NCBI RefSeq assembly: GCF_004010195.1
Contig: NC_057736.1
Location: forward strand, 35,748,515-35,812,514
DNA length: 64,000 nucleotides
Direction of reading: 5' to 3'
Source of the DNA: Chiloscyllium plagiosum
Lineage: Eukaryota
The position numbers and the translations under genes were made by a program. The notes beneath the pieces are model-generated. The model was not told where the DNA came from. It ran no database searches and saw nothing but the letters and a program-made list of their open reading frames with translations. Below, piece after piece: positions 38,097-50,920 of the stretch. Position 1 is the stretch's first letter; each line of letters starts with the position of its first letter.

Positions 38097-40583
38097 TATA
38101 AAACCTTTCCCACTTTTTCTTTTGAAATTGGAACTGCAGGTTTACTTCCCTTTCAAATGTTCAGGTAAATAGTTCTACTAGAATTCAGAGGACCAGGTGA
38201 CAGTTGACCAGCTTCATAATTTTAAGTCCAGGCTCACTCCCTGTCAGTCAACTCACTCTCAAGTTGTCAGTATTCTATTATAAACCAATATGATAATTTG
38301 AAGAACAAAGTGTGGCCTGGTGAACAGAATTAAACGGCATGATCCCTTCAGACCAAACATTTAGCACCCTGTTTTGAATTTCATGTTTCACAATCTGATC
38401 ACTTTGCCTCCAATCTGGTGCTCAGGTGGAGACATGCTAAATAATGGCAAGAAACCACAGAGTTTACTCTAGTAAATTCACCAGAGCAGCTACTAAACTG
38501 TAGCATTGTCAGTGCAGTCGGCGTATATATGCTTTTCATTATATTTTGATTTTTTTAGGTAGAGGATAATAAACTTCATAAGCAAACTATTCTACTGGAC
38601 TCTGGTCTTGGGACATCATCAAACAACTGCATATCGTTACTTCAGCTCCTTTCACTCTTCTGTTGTTTTTTTTTTACAGGATTTGAGATACTGTGTTGCT
38701 AGGTTGAAACTTGTATACTGTAATTACTTTCCTTTCCTGAAGCAGGCCATGGACAAGTTCTGTGCTTTTCCTCATTGAAAACCTCTTCTGTCCACGAGTT
38801 ATAGAAACGGACCGTTCAGAATGCCTCTTGCATTCAATAGTTGATTAAGGACATGGTACAAATGGCCAAAAGCTTATAATTTTTGACTGAAAACATTTTT
38901 TTGTGCTAAACCTTTTTTTTAATGAAAAAGTGCAGGATTTTTCCTCAAACCAAGAGTGATTTATGCCTCTGAGTTGGATTTCTTCTTTCAGTTAGAGAGA
39001 AGGTTGAGATCTTGCTTCCTGATCGTGCACTGCATCTGTTGCCCCAGCAAGCTTAGAATTAATGTTAAAGGTTATTGTTTGCACTAGGAAGCAAGAGATC
39101 ATTTGTGGGTAGGGTAGGGCCCCCTGTGTCATGACCTATTTGGTTTGATTTTGAAATAAGTCACAAATTTGGCTGCAACTGGCAGTGAAGGGAACACCAA
39201 TAAATGGCAGAAACCTATTAGCTAGATATTTGACCTGTAAGATGGGACTTTTAACCTATACCTTGCTTTGTACCTATATGATAGATGTACTTGCCACTGA
39301 CTGTCATCCCTCCTGCTTCCTCTCTGGAACCAGTTATATTGCTGGGATGTCACTGGCTTAGATCCAGCTCCTTGGGATAGTTGTTCCAATGTTGATTGGA
39401 AGCTTGGGTTGCAGTTCTTTGTTGTAAATTTTTAAATCCTTGCACTACATGTCACTAAGATGAAAATGTAGCCCTGTCAGAGGTTGGATTCTGTCAGCAT
39501 GGTCGGATTCTCATCACTTATTATTTTGGATTCAAGGAAGAAATATTTGGAGTAGGTACAGTTTATGAAAGTGTGTCTGTGCATTTGTTTTTGACTTCAG
39601 CTGATTGGACATGAAATGTTCCAAAAACATTTGTTTGAATTTTTAGCAGCTGTATAAAAGCTTGTGGAGCTGAAATTTTAATCCTGTGCTTTTCTCTCCA
39701 CACACGCTACCTGACATGCTGAATGTTTTCCACCTTTTCTGTTCTTAAATAACTTTCATAAGTTTGATAGATTTCCCAGTTAAGATGCCTGACTGTCCCA
39801 GACAAACAACGGCATCTAACGCTGCCTCCGTAAATGTTTGGAGTGAAGATATTCATTTTAAAGGGGTGAGGATGGAACACTGCTTTCAGGCACCTAGTTT
39901 GATTTGTACTTCATACTGACATGCTACATTGGCAGAGGTCCTCTACGCTGACTTGAAAGATTTTGATGTTGTATAGCCAGTGTGAGAAGGGTAGGAAATG
40001 TAATTGCACTTGGTAAGTATGGCATCGAAGGAATTAGTTTTAGTTTAAAACCGGAAAGCGGGTAAGATTTTTTTTTACAGCTTTAGTGTAATTGCGTGCT
40101 GACCTTGAAAGCAAGCAGTCAGGGGGAAAATATCTTGACTATTTCTTTTCTATTTACAAAATTGTTTTCTTTGTTAACAAATATATCTGCTAAAATGTTA
40201 ATAGATCTTCATACCAAAGGGCTCAAATTTACCCCTCCCAATGCAGTCACCGAGCAAAGAAGTGTTCAGATTGTTGCTAAGCAACAGAAGAATGATGATG
40301 AACAGTGACACACGCCTACCTTTGAAACATTTTGTTATTAAATGAAAACCTGTTTTAAAATACTGCTCAAAATTATATTTTGTTGTATAAAGTAAACCGG
40401 TGTTCTTGTAGATTGTAATGTTGACTTTGTTACAATCGCTCCTATGTTTTTGGCAGTCTGTGTCATTTTTAGTAAAGTAGATTTCGACAATAGTTTTCAT
40501 GTGTTTGACTGCCTTTGTTCCAATTATAAACCAGGACATTGCAAATTTTTTTCTCTCTGGGGGAGAAAAAGGCTCATTTTAAA

Positions 40584-40589
40584 AATAAA
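40584..40589 (+). terminator. Candidate SNIP1 distal polyA signal (3'UTR about 2.5 kb)
   Basis: AATAAA followed by U/GU-rich sequence at the end of a largely repeat-poor AU-rich tract; other signals lie upstream (39259, 40337). Confidence 0.45.
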
Positions 40590-41047
40590 CTTGATTATCT
40601 AATTTTTCTGTGGCATTGATAACAGCATGTGGCAGAACCAAGTCTGAAATGCTTTTGCTGTTAAATTGGAGATGAGATTAACTTACCTGGTTTCCCTGAG
40701 GACTGAGTCTCAGCACATCCTTAAATGATTTAGAAGCTAGTTATTGGAAGGTCCTATTGATTTGGTAGCTATTTACACATCTTCAATGAAAGATGCTATT
40801 GCTTTGCATTTCATGATTTTTCAAAAAAAACGTTATTATCTTTTGCAAAGCTTTGTCAGTTCAAAAACTGTCCCAGTGCCCAAGTACAAAGACACGAGTT
40901 AGTGTTGGCCATTTATCTAAACGTGTTGGCACTTCTTGTGAACTTCCCAAATGGATCATAGGATAATGGTGTAAAGAGTTGTTCTTTTTCTTTTAAGTCA
41001 GGGAAAGAAAGACGAAAGAAAAATAGTAATATTTGAGAAAAGAAAAA

Positions 41048-41930
41048 CCTGAAAGAACTGCAGATGGTGGAATCAGCAACCAAAACACACATTGCTGGAA
41101 AAACTCAGCAGGTCTGGCAGATTCTGTGGAGAAAAATCAGAGTTAACATTTCAGGTCCGTTGACCATTTTTTCAGAACTGACAGTAGCTTGGAGAATTTT
41201 TTTTATGCAGAAGGTAGGGTGGAGAGGAGACCACATTGTAAGTAGCAAATACAGTAGACAAAATTTAGTTAAGTGCAGGTAAATCGCTGCTTCATCTGGA
41301 AAGTATGGCACTTTGGATGGTGAGGAAGTAAACCGGCAAGTGTTAGGCCTTTTGCGATTGCAGGGGAAAATGCCATAGGCGTGTTGGGGAATGTTGGGAG
41401 TGAAGGAGAGGTAGGGCAGTGTGACCTGAGGGAATGGTGCTTGCGGAAGGCTGACAAGGGACAAGAGGGGAATATGTGTCCTCTACATTGGGGAAACGAA
41501 GCACAGACTGGGTGACTGTTTTGCAGAACACTTACATTCTGTCTGCAAAAAGACACTGAGCTTCCAGTTGCCTGTCACTTCGACACATCATTGTGTTCCC
41601 TGGCTAACACCTCTGTCTCAGGCTTGCTGCAGTGCTCCAGTGAAACTCAGGAGAAGCTGGAAGAGCTACACCTCAGTTTCCCCCTCAGAACTCTGCAGCC
41701 TTCTGTAATTAACAGGAGTTCAATAATTTTAGTGCTTGATCACCTTTTCCCATGCCCTTACCCTAATCCCCAATGACCAAGCCTTGTCATTACATGTGCT
41801 GCTACCAAACACTACCCATTGTCAAATACTAATAGTCCCTATTAACATCTATTCGTTCTCCGCGGTTGACCTTTATCCACTCCATTGTCTGTCCAACTGT
41901 TTTTCTCTATTGGAGTTCAGTCTCCAATGA
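41048..41930. mobile_element. Penelope-like element remnant with internal inversion (GIY-YIG endonuclease)
   Basis: Minus strand GIFPCNRK..TC and KQRFTCT; plus strand YIGETKHRLGDCFAEHL at about 41483 and KLEELHL.F.LRTLQP. Confidence 0.82.
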
Positions 41931-42854
41931 TAGTATCTCCCCGAGCATCTCTCTGAATCAGTGTTGTCGTCATGTGCTTCCAATCCTGGTCTTTGAAATC
42001 ATCACGTGACATTAGCTATTACCCATGTGTCCATTTATTTTGCACCAAAATTAATTTCTTGCCTGACCTTCATCTGTACAGTCCCCAACAGTCGAAGCTA
42101 TGATGTCAGCTTGCATTTATGAGTCGATAGCACTGAACCTTATTGCTTAATCATTCCCTTGTTTCCATCCGCTATGCTATCCAAACCACCTTGCTGCTAA
42201 GTAACTAACAAAACCAAAATTGATCTGGTAAGCTTTCAACAAAAACTTCAACCCATAGCCCAATTTTGCCCCACTCTTAAATGCCCAATTCGATGGATCC
42301 AACTTCTGTGACCTGGTTTCAATTACCACCTTTCTGTCCAAGGCTATCTAATTCTGTCCCTGAAACATTGCCTGTCTCCATTCTTCATCCCCACTGGCAG
42401 TGGTGCTCTCTGGTTTCAGATGACCTCCTCATCTGCCCAACCTCTACTCCACCAAAGACTTGTCATTCATTTATTCTGTCAAAAATCTCCTGAATAACTT
42501 TTATCCCTACTTTAGCTATAATACTAAGGTGTGACGTGGAAGATAGCAATGGACTGGTCAGGTACACAGAAAAGTGGTGATGAGAATTTAATCTGGAAAA
42601 CTGCAAGGTGCTTAACTTATGAAACAAAGTGGAGTGGAAATGAATGTCCACAGATTCCTGAAGGTAGGAGGTCAAGGCATATGAAATTCTTTCCTTTATT
42701 ATTTGAGGTATAGAAGACATTAACAGAAACTTTACCTTGGAACCATATGTTAGTCCACAATTTAAGTACTGAATGCAGTTTTGATTACTTCATTACAGAA
42801 ATAATCTGATAGGTGTGTCTGTGTGTTGAGCATAACACACCCTGCAGTCCTGGT

Positions 42855-43300
42855 TATTTGATTTATTTATTGTCACAATTATTTTGTTACAAAATACAAT
42901 GAAATGGGTTGTATAGGGTTGCCACTCTCCGGTGCAATCTTAAAACACAGAAAAATAAACCAAAACATAAAATATAATGGCAGAAAAATAAAGTTGAACT
43001 TCACAGTCCTTCTTGTCAAGTGCTGTACCATGGGCCTGGAGCAGCAAGCCATGGGTCCCATTGCAGCCTTGCTGGAACAGGAGTTGCAACTCTGCATGGC
43101 TATCTCACTTCCACTGATGTTGCCACCGCAATGAGTCCTTGCTGGACCTCGCAATACTGCTGCCACCGATGCTGCCAGGCTCTGCATTGACCCAAACTCT
43201 ACTCCACCACTGCCAAGAGTCAGCTCTAGGCCCACCTTACTGATGCAGCTGCTACCGATGGCATTGGATCTCGTACGGGGCCCGAACAGGTTAAACAGGG
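42855..43300 (-). mobile_element. Repeat related to the element at 8052-9472
   Basis: Inverted gtgacaataaa-type tail and similar body. Confidence 0.4.
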
Positions 43301-43994
43301 AAATTAAGATAACGGGTTGGAATCTCTGGAAAGGATCAGTGGGATAGGCTAACGTGATTGAGCCAGAGAATGGGTACAGTACTGTGGGGATCTNNNNNNN
43401 NNNNNNNNNNNNNNNNNNNNNNNNNNNNNNNNNNNNNNNNNNNNNNNNNNNNNNNNNNNNNNNNNNNNNNNNNNNNNNNNNNNNNNNNNNNNNNNNNNNN
43501 NNNNNNNNNNNNNNNNNNNNNNNNNNNNNNNNNNNNNNNNNNNNNNNNNNNNNNNNNNNNNNNNNNNNNNNNNNNNNNNNNNNNNNNNNNNNNNNNNNNN
43601 NNNNNNNNNNNNNNNNNNNNNNNNNNNNNNNNNNNNNNNNNNNNNNNNNNNNNNNNNNNNNNNNNNNNNNNNNNNNNNNNNNNNNNNNNNNNNNNNNNNN
43701 NNNNNNNNNNNNNNNNNNNNNNNNNNNNNNNNNNNNNNNNNNNNNNNNNNNNNNNNNNNNNNNNNNNNNNNNNNNNNNNNNNNNNNNNNNNNNNNNNNNN
43801 NNNNNNNNNNNNNNNNNNNNNNNNNNNNNNNNNNNNNNNNNNNNNNNNNNNNNNNNNNNNNNNNNNNNNNNNNNNNNNNNNNNNNNNNNNNNNTCACTTC
43901 TGTTCTCAGCTGTACCTGTCTCAGATTAATCTCTTTCCTCACTATCTCCCTGGGTCCCACTCCCCCCACCTTACTAGTTTAAATCTTCCCAAGC

Positions 43995-44260
43995 AGTTCA
44001 TTAAAATGTAAATCTCAACTTCTTTCAAGTCACATTTCTGAGGTAATTTAAGGTTTTAATAAAAAAGTGACATATCAGCTTAGACAATGCGTTAAAGATG
44101 TTAGGTTATTCCAACCTTGAGCCAGACCACTTCTATTTCCAAAGTAGGCGTTCATTAAATGTCATATGGACTGACTGCCTACACAATGTGTGCGTTTTGA
44201 ATAAAGTAGCATGTATCTGCAAATAAAAATCTGCAAATGCAAATTCACTCCATAGAATTG
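43995..44260 (-). mobile_element. Repeat fragment (family C, probably a PLE 3' region); inverted homolog of 48246-48460
   Basis: Reverse-complement similarity seen by eye. Confidence 0.65.
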
Positions 44261-44925
44261 AAGTGGGAGATGGCACAGGGCTGGGTGATACTAGGCACAC
44301 CGACACACAAGATGGTCGCTGGACCAAACTATGGAGATAAACAGCAGAGCAAATACAGACACAGCCTGGGGCCATCAGAATGCCAGTATAATGTATTCAC
44401 AACCTAGTTGATTAGTTTAAGGCAGGTGGGGGAGAGAATAGACATGAGTAGCGTACACTGCCCGCCGAAGTGTCTGGGACCAGCCAGCACCTTTGACAGA
44501 AATGCTAACAGCTCTGTACAGACTCAATACAGAGTGCTAATAGCCAGGGCTACAGTAAAATTAACAAAGGCTGCACTGGAACTGACAATGACTGCACCAA
44601 AACGATCAATGATTCTGCAATGTTTACCATAAACAAACCATGTTAGAAAGACAACAATCTCATCACAAAATGTATAAAAGTATGTTGACATGTGCTCCGG
44701 GTTGAGAGAAGAATCGCAGCTGACCACTGTGCTGTTGGTGTCTTTCTCTCCCTGGAGCTCCGGTATTTCCTTGTACAATAAACTCTGTCGTTGAACCCTG
44801 ACTCTGACTCTGAGGCTGTTGATTTCCCTCACAACAGACTTATATGTGTGTGCATGCATGTGAGGGAGAGTGTGTGTATATGTGTGGAAGAGAGGGAGAG
44901 TCTGTGTGTGCGTGTGTGTAACAGA

Positions 44926-45331
44926 GTATATGCCTGAGAGGGTGTGCACACACTCAAACTCTTTCACTCTCTCTCCCACACACACACAGAATAAGTCTAT
45001 GGAGAAAATTTGTATTTGCAACCGTGGGTTGGTACCTGGGACTTTGATGTTGTGGCTATTACGGAACATGGGTAGAACAGGGACAGGATTGGCTGTTGCA
45101 GGTCCCAGGGTTTAAATGTTTTAGTAGGGTATATGCCTGAGAGGGTGTGCACACACTCAAACTCTTTCACTCTCTCTCCCACACACACACAGAATAAGTC
45201 TATGGAGAAAATTTGTATTTGCAACCGTGGGTTGGTACCTGGGACTTTGATGTTGTGGCTATTACGGAACATGGGTAGAACAGGGACAGGATTGGCTGTT
45301 GCAGGTCCCAGGGTTTAAATGTTTTAGTAGG
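44926..45331. repeat. 203-bp tandem duplication, apparently exact
   Basis: 44926-45128 repeated at 45129-45331. Confidence 0.92.
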
Positions 45332-46072
45332 GTCAGAGGTGGGGGTAAAAGAGGGGGAGGTGTGGCATTGCTTGTCAAAGATAGTATTACAGCTGTGGAA
45401 AGGACGATGGATGAAGACTCGCCATCTGAGGTAGTTTGGGCTGAGGTTAGGAATAGGAAAGGTGAGCTCACCCTGTTAGGAGATTTTTACAGGCCTCCTA
45501 ATAGTCCTAAAATCGTAGAAGAAAGGATTGCGAGGATGATTCAAGACAAGAGTGAAAGTAATAAGATGGTTGTTATGGGGGCTTTAACTTTCCTGATATT
45601 GATTGGGAAAGCTATAGCTCAAGTTCATTAGATGGGTCAGTGTTTGTCCAATGTGTGCAGGAGGGTTTCCTGACACAATATGTAGATAAGCCAACAAGAG
45701 GTGAGGCCATACTGGATTTGGTTCTGGGTAATGAACCAGGCCAGGTGTTAGAATTAGAGGTAGGTGAGCACTTTGGGAACAGTGACCACAATTCGGTGAC
45801 TTTTACTCGAGTGATGGAGAGGGATAAGTGTGCACGACAGGGCAAGAGTTATAGATGGGGGCAGGGAAATTATGATGCTGTGAGGCATGATGCATGTGTG
45901 GCCTGGAAAAGTAAGCTACAAGGCAAGGGTGTAATTGATATGTGGAGATTGTACAAGGAGCAACTATTGAGTGTCCATGATAAGTATGTACCCGTCAGGC
46001 AGGAAGGAAAGGGTCGTGCGAGGGAGCCGTGGTTTAATAAGGAATCGGAATCCCTTGTTAAAGGGAAGAGGG
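45225..46072 (+). mobile_element. CR1 LINE apurinic endonuclease region, running into a gap
   Basis: DVVAITETW, RGGGVALLVK, FYRPPNS, LDLVLGN and SDHN motifs. Confidence 0.92.
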
Positions 46073-47199
46073 NNNNNNNNNNNNNNNNNNNNNNNNNNNN
46101 NNNNNNNNNNNNNNNNNNNNNNNNNNNNNNNNNNNNNNNNNNNNNNNNNNNNNNNNNNNNNNNNNNNNNNNNNNNNNNNNNNNNNNNNNNNNNNNNNNNN
46201 NNNNNNNNNNNNNNNNNNNNNNNNNNNNNNNNNNNNNNNNNNNNNNNNNNNNNNNNNNNNNNNNNNNNNNNNNNNNNNNNNNNNNNNNNNNNNNNNNNNN
46301 NNNNNNNNNNNNNNNNNNNNNNNNNNNNNNNNNNNNNNNNNNNNNNNNNNNNNNNNNNNNNNNNNNNNNNNNNNNNNNNNNNNNNNNNNNNNNNNNNNNN
46401 NNNNNNNNNNNNNNNNNNNNNNNNNNNNNNNNNNNNNNNNNNNNNNNNNNNNNNNNNNNNNNNNNNNNNNNNNNNNNNNNNNNNNNNNNNNNNNNNNNNN
46501 NNNNNNNNNNNNNNNNNNNNNNNNNNNNNNNNNNNNNNNNNNNNNNNNNNNNNNNNNNNNNNNNNNNNNNNNNNNNNNNNNNNNNNNNNNNNNNNNNNNN
46601 NNNNNNNNNNNNNNNNNNNNNNNNNNNNNNNNNNNNNNNNNNNNNNNNNNNNNNNNNNNNNNNAAAAAAAACACTGCTGCCCGCTACCGGTAAGCACTTT
46701 TAAAACCAAACGGTCTTACCTTCGCTGCTGCTCGCACTGGAGATGACCGGCGGCTTCGAAGGGTGAGTATAAATACTCACCGCTTTCCTTCCCGGCTGCC
46801 CCTCTGGTCGTCGTCACTTCCCCCTGGTGCTCCCGCTCTTTCTGTGAAGAGAGAGTGAAAGAGAAAAAAAAACACCGCTGCCCGCTACCGGTAAGCACTT
46901 TTACCGGTAAGTATATTCCTATCTGCTCCCCAGGTGTAGTCATGTGCCCAGTTAAAGGTGAGGAATCTAACCCTCCAATCCCTTCTCAGAGGCTAATGGG
47001 CCTGTAACCAGACAGCCTGGATCATCATCATGGCTCCTTCAAATTGCTGTCTCATATTCGGTGGCTACTGTGTCTGTTACATATTAATCTACATAGGTAA
47101 TGTACATACACAATACATACATTATTTATGTGTGTGTGTATAATATATGATACATATGTATTATATATGTATCATATATTATATACATACATAAAATAT

Positions 47200-47294
47200 G
47201 AGCCCTGAAGAAGGGCCTATGCCTGAAACGTCGACTCTCCTGCTCCTCGGATGCTGCCTGCCCTGCTGTGTTTTTCCAGCACCACATTTTTCAA
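47200..47294 (+). mobile_element. Single-arm family-B Penelope-like insertion with intact hammerhead core
   Basis: CTGAAGA-a-gggc-ctat-gcct-GAAACGTC at 47205-47232; flanking repeat ataaaatat. Confidence 0.82.
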
Positions 47295-48039
47295 ATAAAA
47301 TATAAACAGTCCACCAGCTAGGTCAAGGTATCTCTTTCATATTTAATGAACTACACTGTAAGTATTATTTCAAACTGCTTTGTGCGTTCTGTTTGTTACC
47401 AATGCAGTTATAGCTGTGTTAATATTAAATGCATTCTTTGTGTCTGTTTATTAATTTATAAATGTTTAACTTTACCAGTGTGTCATTTACAAATCTGTCT
47501 ATAAATGTTATTGATTAATTCATTTGTGTATTCATCAGTTGCAATAGTCATATTTTGTTATATTGGTTTTATTGATTATTTTTGTGTAAGTCTTGCTTTT
47601 GAATACATTTGCTTGTTTCTTCCAGTTGTTTCCAATACATCTGGATGTGTGTTTACATGAACAATAAGTTGACCTTACAACATTAATCAGTAACAACCTT
47701 CACCTGGAAGTGTCAGTATGATACATGCCGCAGTATCGAGTGGATGGGAAATAGAGTGGAGTTGAAACCAAAATGAAAAACACTATTCTGAAGCCCCTAC
47801 CTGAGTCACAGCCCTAGCATGGACATCCACATGGAGGTGACCAAATGTTCAGAGTATGTGGGTAGGGAGGCAGGATTGAATAGGAGTGGGGTGAGGCACA
47901 GTTTCCAGGGTGAGACGCAGGCAATAAAGCAGCTTCAGGCTCCATGATATGAGACTCAGCACGACTTCCTTCCACTTGTGTCTTGCTGGATCTGTGAAGG
48001 GTAGGCTAGCCCAGGTTGTGGAACAGAGTCACCTCGATG

Positions 48040-48245
48040 ACACTTATTCAGCGAGTCGTGAGTTCATGGAATGTCCTGCCAGTAGCAGTGGTGGACTCTT
48101 CCTCATTATGGGCATTTAAGCGGGCGTTGGATAGGCATATGGAGGATAGTGGGCTAGTGTAGGTTAGGTGGGCTTGGATCGGCGCAACATCGAGGGCCGA
48201 AGGGCCTGTACTGCGCTGTATTCTTCTATGTTCTATGTTCTATGT
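48040..48245 (+). mobile_element. CR1 3' end with (TTCTATG)n tail
   Basis: Homologous to 15480-15702. Confidence 0.85.
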
Positions 48246-48787
48246 AAATACATTCTATTTTGTTCAAAACACACAATCCTGTGGGCAGTCAATCCATGTG
48301 ACATTTTCTAAATTCCTACCAGTCTGACTCAAGGTGTCGAATACAGACAAACCCTGACCTCACACCCTTAATGCATTGTCTGAGCTGAGAAGTCACCCTT
48401 TTTTTAAAAACCTTAAGTTAAATTGGGATTGTGACTTCAAAGAAATTCTGGGGTTTACATATTAATGAATCGAAACTTGCAACCCATTCAAAGTGATTAA
48501 AAACTTAACAGCAATCTAAGTTTGTTGAATAATCGCATCACTTGTATTACAATAAATTCTGTGTCCTCTGATCCTGCCCCACTAGTTTCCTGAAGGTGCA
48601 TCACTCCGAAATCTTGTAGTTTCAATTAAACCTGTTGGATTATAACCTGGTGTTGTGTGATTTTTAACTTTGTCCACTCCAGTCCATCACTGGCACCTCC
48701 ACATCTTGAGGGTGGCAGTGTATTTGGCTAAAGTTAAAAATCACATAACACCAGGTGAGAGTCCAACAGGTTTATGTGGAAATACTA
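48246..48787 (+). mobile_element. Penelope-like terminal region (family C) with decayed hammerhead and a short inverted copy
   Basis: cctgaaggtgcatcactccGAAA at about 48589-48611; 48628-48671 is inverted at 48730-48773. Confidence 0.6.
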
Positions 48788-50385
48788 GTGGTGGTGTGTT
48801 CAGTGTAATTCACCCTCCAGTCCTGAGGGCGGCAGTGTGTTCAGTGTCATTCACTTTCCAGTCCTGAGGATGGCGGTGTGTTCAGTGTAATTCGCCCTCC
48901 AGTCCTGAGGGCGGCGATGTGTTCAGTGTAATTCACCCTCCCGTCTTGAAGGCAGTGGTGTGTTCAATGTAATTCACCCTCCAGTCCTCAGGGCATCGGT
49001 GTGTTCAGGGTAATTCACCCTCCAATCCTGAGGGTGGCGGTGTGTTGGATGTAATTGACCCTCCAGTCCTGAGGGCGGCAGTGTGTTCAGTGCAATTCAC
49101 CCTCCAATCCTGAGGGCAGCGGTGTGTTGGATGTAATTCACCATCCAGTCCTGAGGGCAGCAGTGTGTTCAGTGTAATTCACCCTCCAGTCCTGAGGGTG
49201 GCGGTGTGTTGGATGTAATTTACTCTCCAGTCCTGAGGGCAGCAGTGTGTTCAGTGTAATTCACCCTCCAGTCCTGAGGGTGGCAGTGTGTTGGATGTAA
49301 TTTACCCTCCAGTCCTGAGGGCGGCAGTGTGTTCAGTGTAATTCACCATCCAGTCCTGAATGTGGCGGTGTGTTTAGTGTAATTCACCCTCCAGTCCTGA
49401 GGGCGGCAGTGTGTTCAGTGTAATTCACCCTCCAGTCCTGAAGGCAGCGGTGTGTTCAGGGTAATTCACCCTCCAATCCTGAGGGTGGCAGTGTGTAGGA
49501 TGTAATTTATACTCCAGTCCTGAGGGCGGCAGTGTGTTCAATGTAATTCACCCTCCGGTCCTGAGGGTGGCGGTGTGTTGGATGTAATTCACCATCCAGT
49601 CCTAAAGGCGGCGGTGTATTCAGTGTAATTCACCCTTCAGTCCTGAGGCAGCGGTATGTATAGTGTAATTTACCCTCCAGTCCTGAGAGTGGCAGTGTGT
49701 TCAGTATAATTCACCCTCCAATCTTGAGGGTGGCGGTCTGTTGGATGTAATATTCTCTCCAGTCCTGAGGACGGGAGTGTGTTCAGTGTAATTCATCCTC
49801 CAGTCCTGAGGGCGGCGGAGTGTTCAGTGTAATTCATCCTCCAGTCCTGAGAGTGGCAGTGTGTTCAGTATAATTCACCCTCCAATCTTGAGGGTGGCGG
49901 TCTGTTAGATGTAATTTACTCTCCAGTCCTGAGGGCGGGAGTGTGTTCAGTGTAATTCACCCTCCAGTCCTGAGGGTAGCGGTGTGTTGGATGTAATTCA
50001 CCATCCAGTCCTGAAGGCAGCGGTGTGTTCAGTGTAATTCACCCCCCAGTCCTGATGGTGGCGGTGTGTTCGGTGTAATTCACCCTCCAGTCCTGATGGT
50101 GGCGGTGTGTTCAGTGTAATTCACTCAGTCCTGAGGGCGACGGTGTGTTCAGTGTAATTCACCCTCCAGTCCTGATGGTGGCGGTGTGTTCGGTGTAATT
50201 CACCCTCCAGTCCTGATGGTGGCGGTGTGTTCAGTGTAATTCACCCTCCAGTCCTGATGGTGGCGGTGTGTTCGGTGTAATTCACCCTCCAGTCCTGATG
50301 GTGGCGGTGTATTCGGTGTAATTCACCCTCCAGTCCTGATGGTGGCGGTGTGTTCAGTGTAATTCACTCTGAGTCCTGAAGGTGC
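48788..50385. repeat. 41-bp minisatellite, about 39 units, abutting the MEAF6 5' end
   Basis: Consensus gtgtgttcagtgtaattcaccctccagtcctgagggyggcr; period measured from 48801 to 48842. Confidence 0.97.
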
Positions 50386-50456
50386 CGCTCTCGCCCGGAC
50401 AGCGCCCCCTGATGGTTGGAGGCCGGCTCTGCGCCCTCCTGCCGGCCGCGGCCTGA

Positions 50457-50606
<150 letters not shown>

Positions 50607-50720
50607 TAGTCTCGGATCGGGCGGGAAGCGGAGGCTGTGCTCGGGGCCGGGGAGGGCTCACGCAGGAAAGTCCGGGGAGAGCCTGGGCCTGGGATGGAGC
50701 AGAGGGCCAGGTCAGCGCCC

Positions 50721-50920
50721 GGGGGGCGGGTTTGGGACTGAGCCGTGGGGGTGGGCATTGAGTCTGTCCTCCCCCTGGGGGTGGGGGTTTGGGACTGAGC
50801 CGTGGGGGTGGGCATTGAGTCTGTCCTCCCCCCTGGGGTGGGGGTTTGTGACTGAGCCGTGGGGGTGGGGCAGGGGTGGCCATTGAGTCTGTCCTCCCCC
50901 CGGGGGTGGGGGTTTGGGAG
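50721..50920 (+). repeat. 57-bp G-rich tandem repeat (about 3.3 copies) in MEAF6 intron 1
   Basis: tttgggactgagccgtgggggtggg recurs at 50731, 50788 and 50845. Confidence 0.9.

Noticed and set aside
43349-46746. Long ORFs containing X runs (also 20049-21299 and 14317-14753)
   Set aside because: Artifacts of N-gaps at 14538-14620, 20333-20858, 23727-23773, 43394-43893 and 46073-46663
48794-48813. Iron-responsive element in each unit (CAGTGT loop flanked by a weak stem)
   Set aside because: No bulged C six positions before the loop, and the upper stem has a U-U mismatch
48788-50385. CRISPR array (palindromic repeats at regular spacing)
   Set aside because: Units are contiguous with no unique spacers, there are no cas genes, and the context is vertebrate
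48788-50385. Tandem hammerhead satellite
   Set aside because: Units have CTGAGGG or CTGATGG rather than CUGANGA, and no GAAA element
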